DNA from: Candidatus Nomurabacteria bacterium
GTDB taxonomy: Bacteria; Patescibacteriota; Minisyncoccia; Phycocordibacterales; UBA9973
Direction: 5' to 3'
NCBI GenBank assembly: GCA_029288805.1
Contig: JARIGO010000022.1
Span: 30,754 to 94,753, forward strand
DNA: 64,000 bases
Position numbers and translations under genes: made by a program. The notes below the pieces were generated by a model. That model was not told the origin of the DNA, did no database searches, and worked only from the letters and a program-made list of their open reading frames with translations. Positions within the stretch are counted from its first letter, which is position 1, and each line of letters starts with the position of its first letter. Shown one piece after another: positions 63,752 through 64,000 of the stretch.

Positions 63752-64000
63752 TATGGACCTTAAAGAAAAAACCATAAAAGACTGGCGAGAAGAGTACTTG
63801 AATGACTTCCTTCCTTCAAAGAAAAGAATGCTCCAACAAATTAACCTTCAGGAAGTGGAAATAATGACAGGGCTCATTAAGGCTATTAAAGAAGCCATCC
63901 CTGCAGGAAAATGGAAAACATATTTTGACGAACATCTTGATTACTCACTTCCGTGGGAAAGAACGGTTATTTCAAACAGCGAAGGTGCTAAGGGTCATCT
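63752..64000 (+). CDS. hypothetical protein, 5' part (continues beyond window)
   Basis: Open frame from ATG 63752 (MDLKEKTIKDWREEYLNDFLPSKKRML...) to the window edge. Confidence 0.4.

Noticed and set aside
1-64000. CRISPR arrays, rRNA genes, transposase or integrase genes
   Set aside because: No repeat-spacer periodicity, no rRNA-like conserved stretches, and no recognisable recombinase or transposase motifs (DDE, tyrosine recombinase R-H-R-Y) were seen in any frame.

Overview
This 64-kb window is a densely packed, low-to-mid GC (roughly mid-40s % by eye) bacterial chromosome segment with the look of a reduced-genome, CPR/Saccharibacteria-like organism. Genes are short and tightly spaced, there are many aminoacyl-tRNA synthetases, AspRS is of the archaeal-type length and AlaRS is truncated.

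Positions 1-58,300 are mostly housekeeping genes:
- Cell wall and division: murG, ftsW, mraY, mltG, mreB, ftsA, ftsZ.
- Chromosome segregation: scpA, scpB.
- Aminoacyl-tRNA synthetases: aspS, trpS, cysS, lysS, alaS.
- Replication and repair: dnaB, recR, priA-like, holB-like.
- Chaperones: dnaK, dnaJ, grpE.
- The ribosomal alpha-operon block infA-rpmJ-rpsM-rpsK-rpsD-rpoA-rplQ, followed by rplM and rpsI.
- Others: frr, rseP, mnmA, trxB, folD, glyA, rplU, rpsU and ybeY.
- Three MsbA-like ABC exporters.

Nearly every operon ends in a clean rho-independent hairpin, often shared by convergent genes. Many genes carry a TATAAT-like -10 box only 6-8 nt upstream of the start codon with no Shine-Dalgarno, which points to widespread leaderless mRNAs.

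Non-housekeeping genes scattered through this stretch include:
- A sigma70-region-4 plus HARE-HTH fusion protein.
- A type-IV-pilin-like protein next to a 422-aa unknown protein.
- A helicase-dead PriA.
- A CorA truncated before its GMN pore motif.
- A PaaX-like regulator diverging from dnaK across two palindromic operators.

The last ~5.6 kb (58.4-64.0 kb) is an accessory island built around tRNA-Glu(UUC) and tRNA-Val(GAC). It holds AT-rich hypothetical genes, a ~280-bp GC-rich block that looks foreign, and an inverted 15-nt copy of the tRNA-Glu 3' end. It also holds two diverged copies of a short coding remnant, each sitting just upstream of a small same-strand gene, which resembles a toxin-tip/immunity or defense cassette array. 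Beyond those in-frame matches, no rRNA genes or CRISPR arrays were seen.
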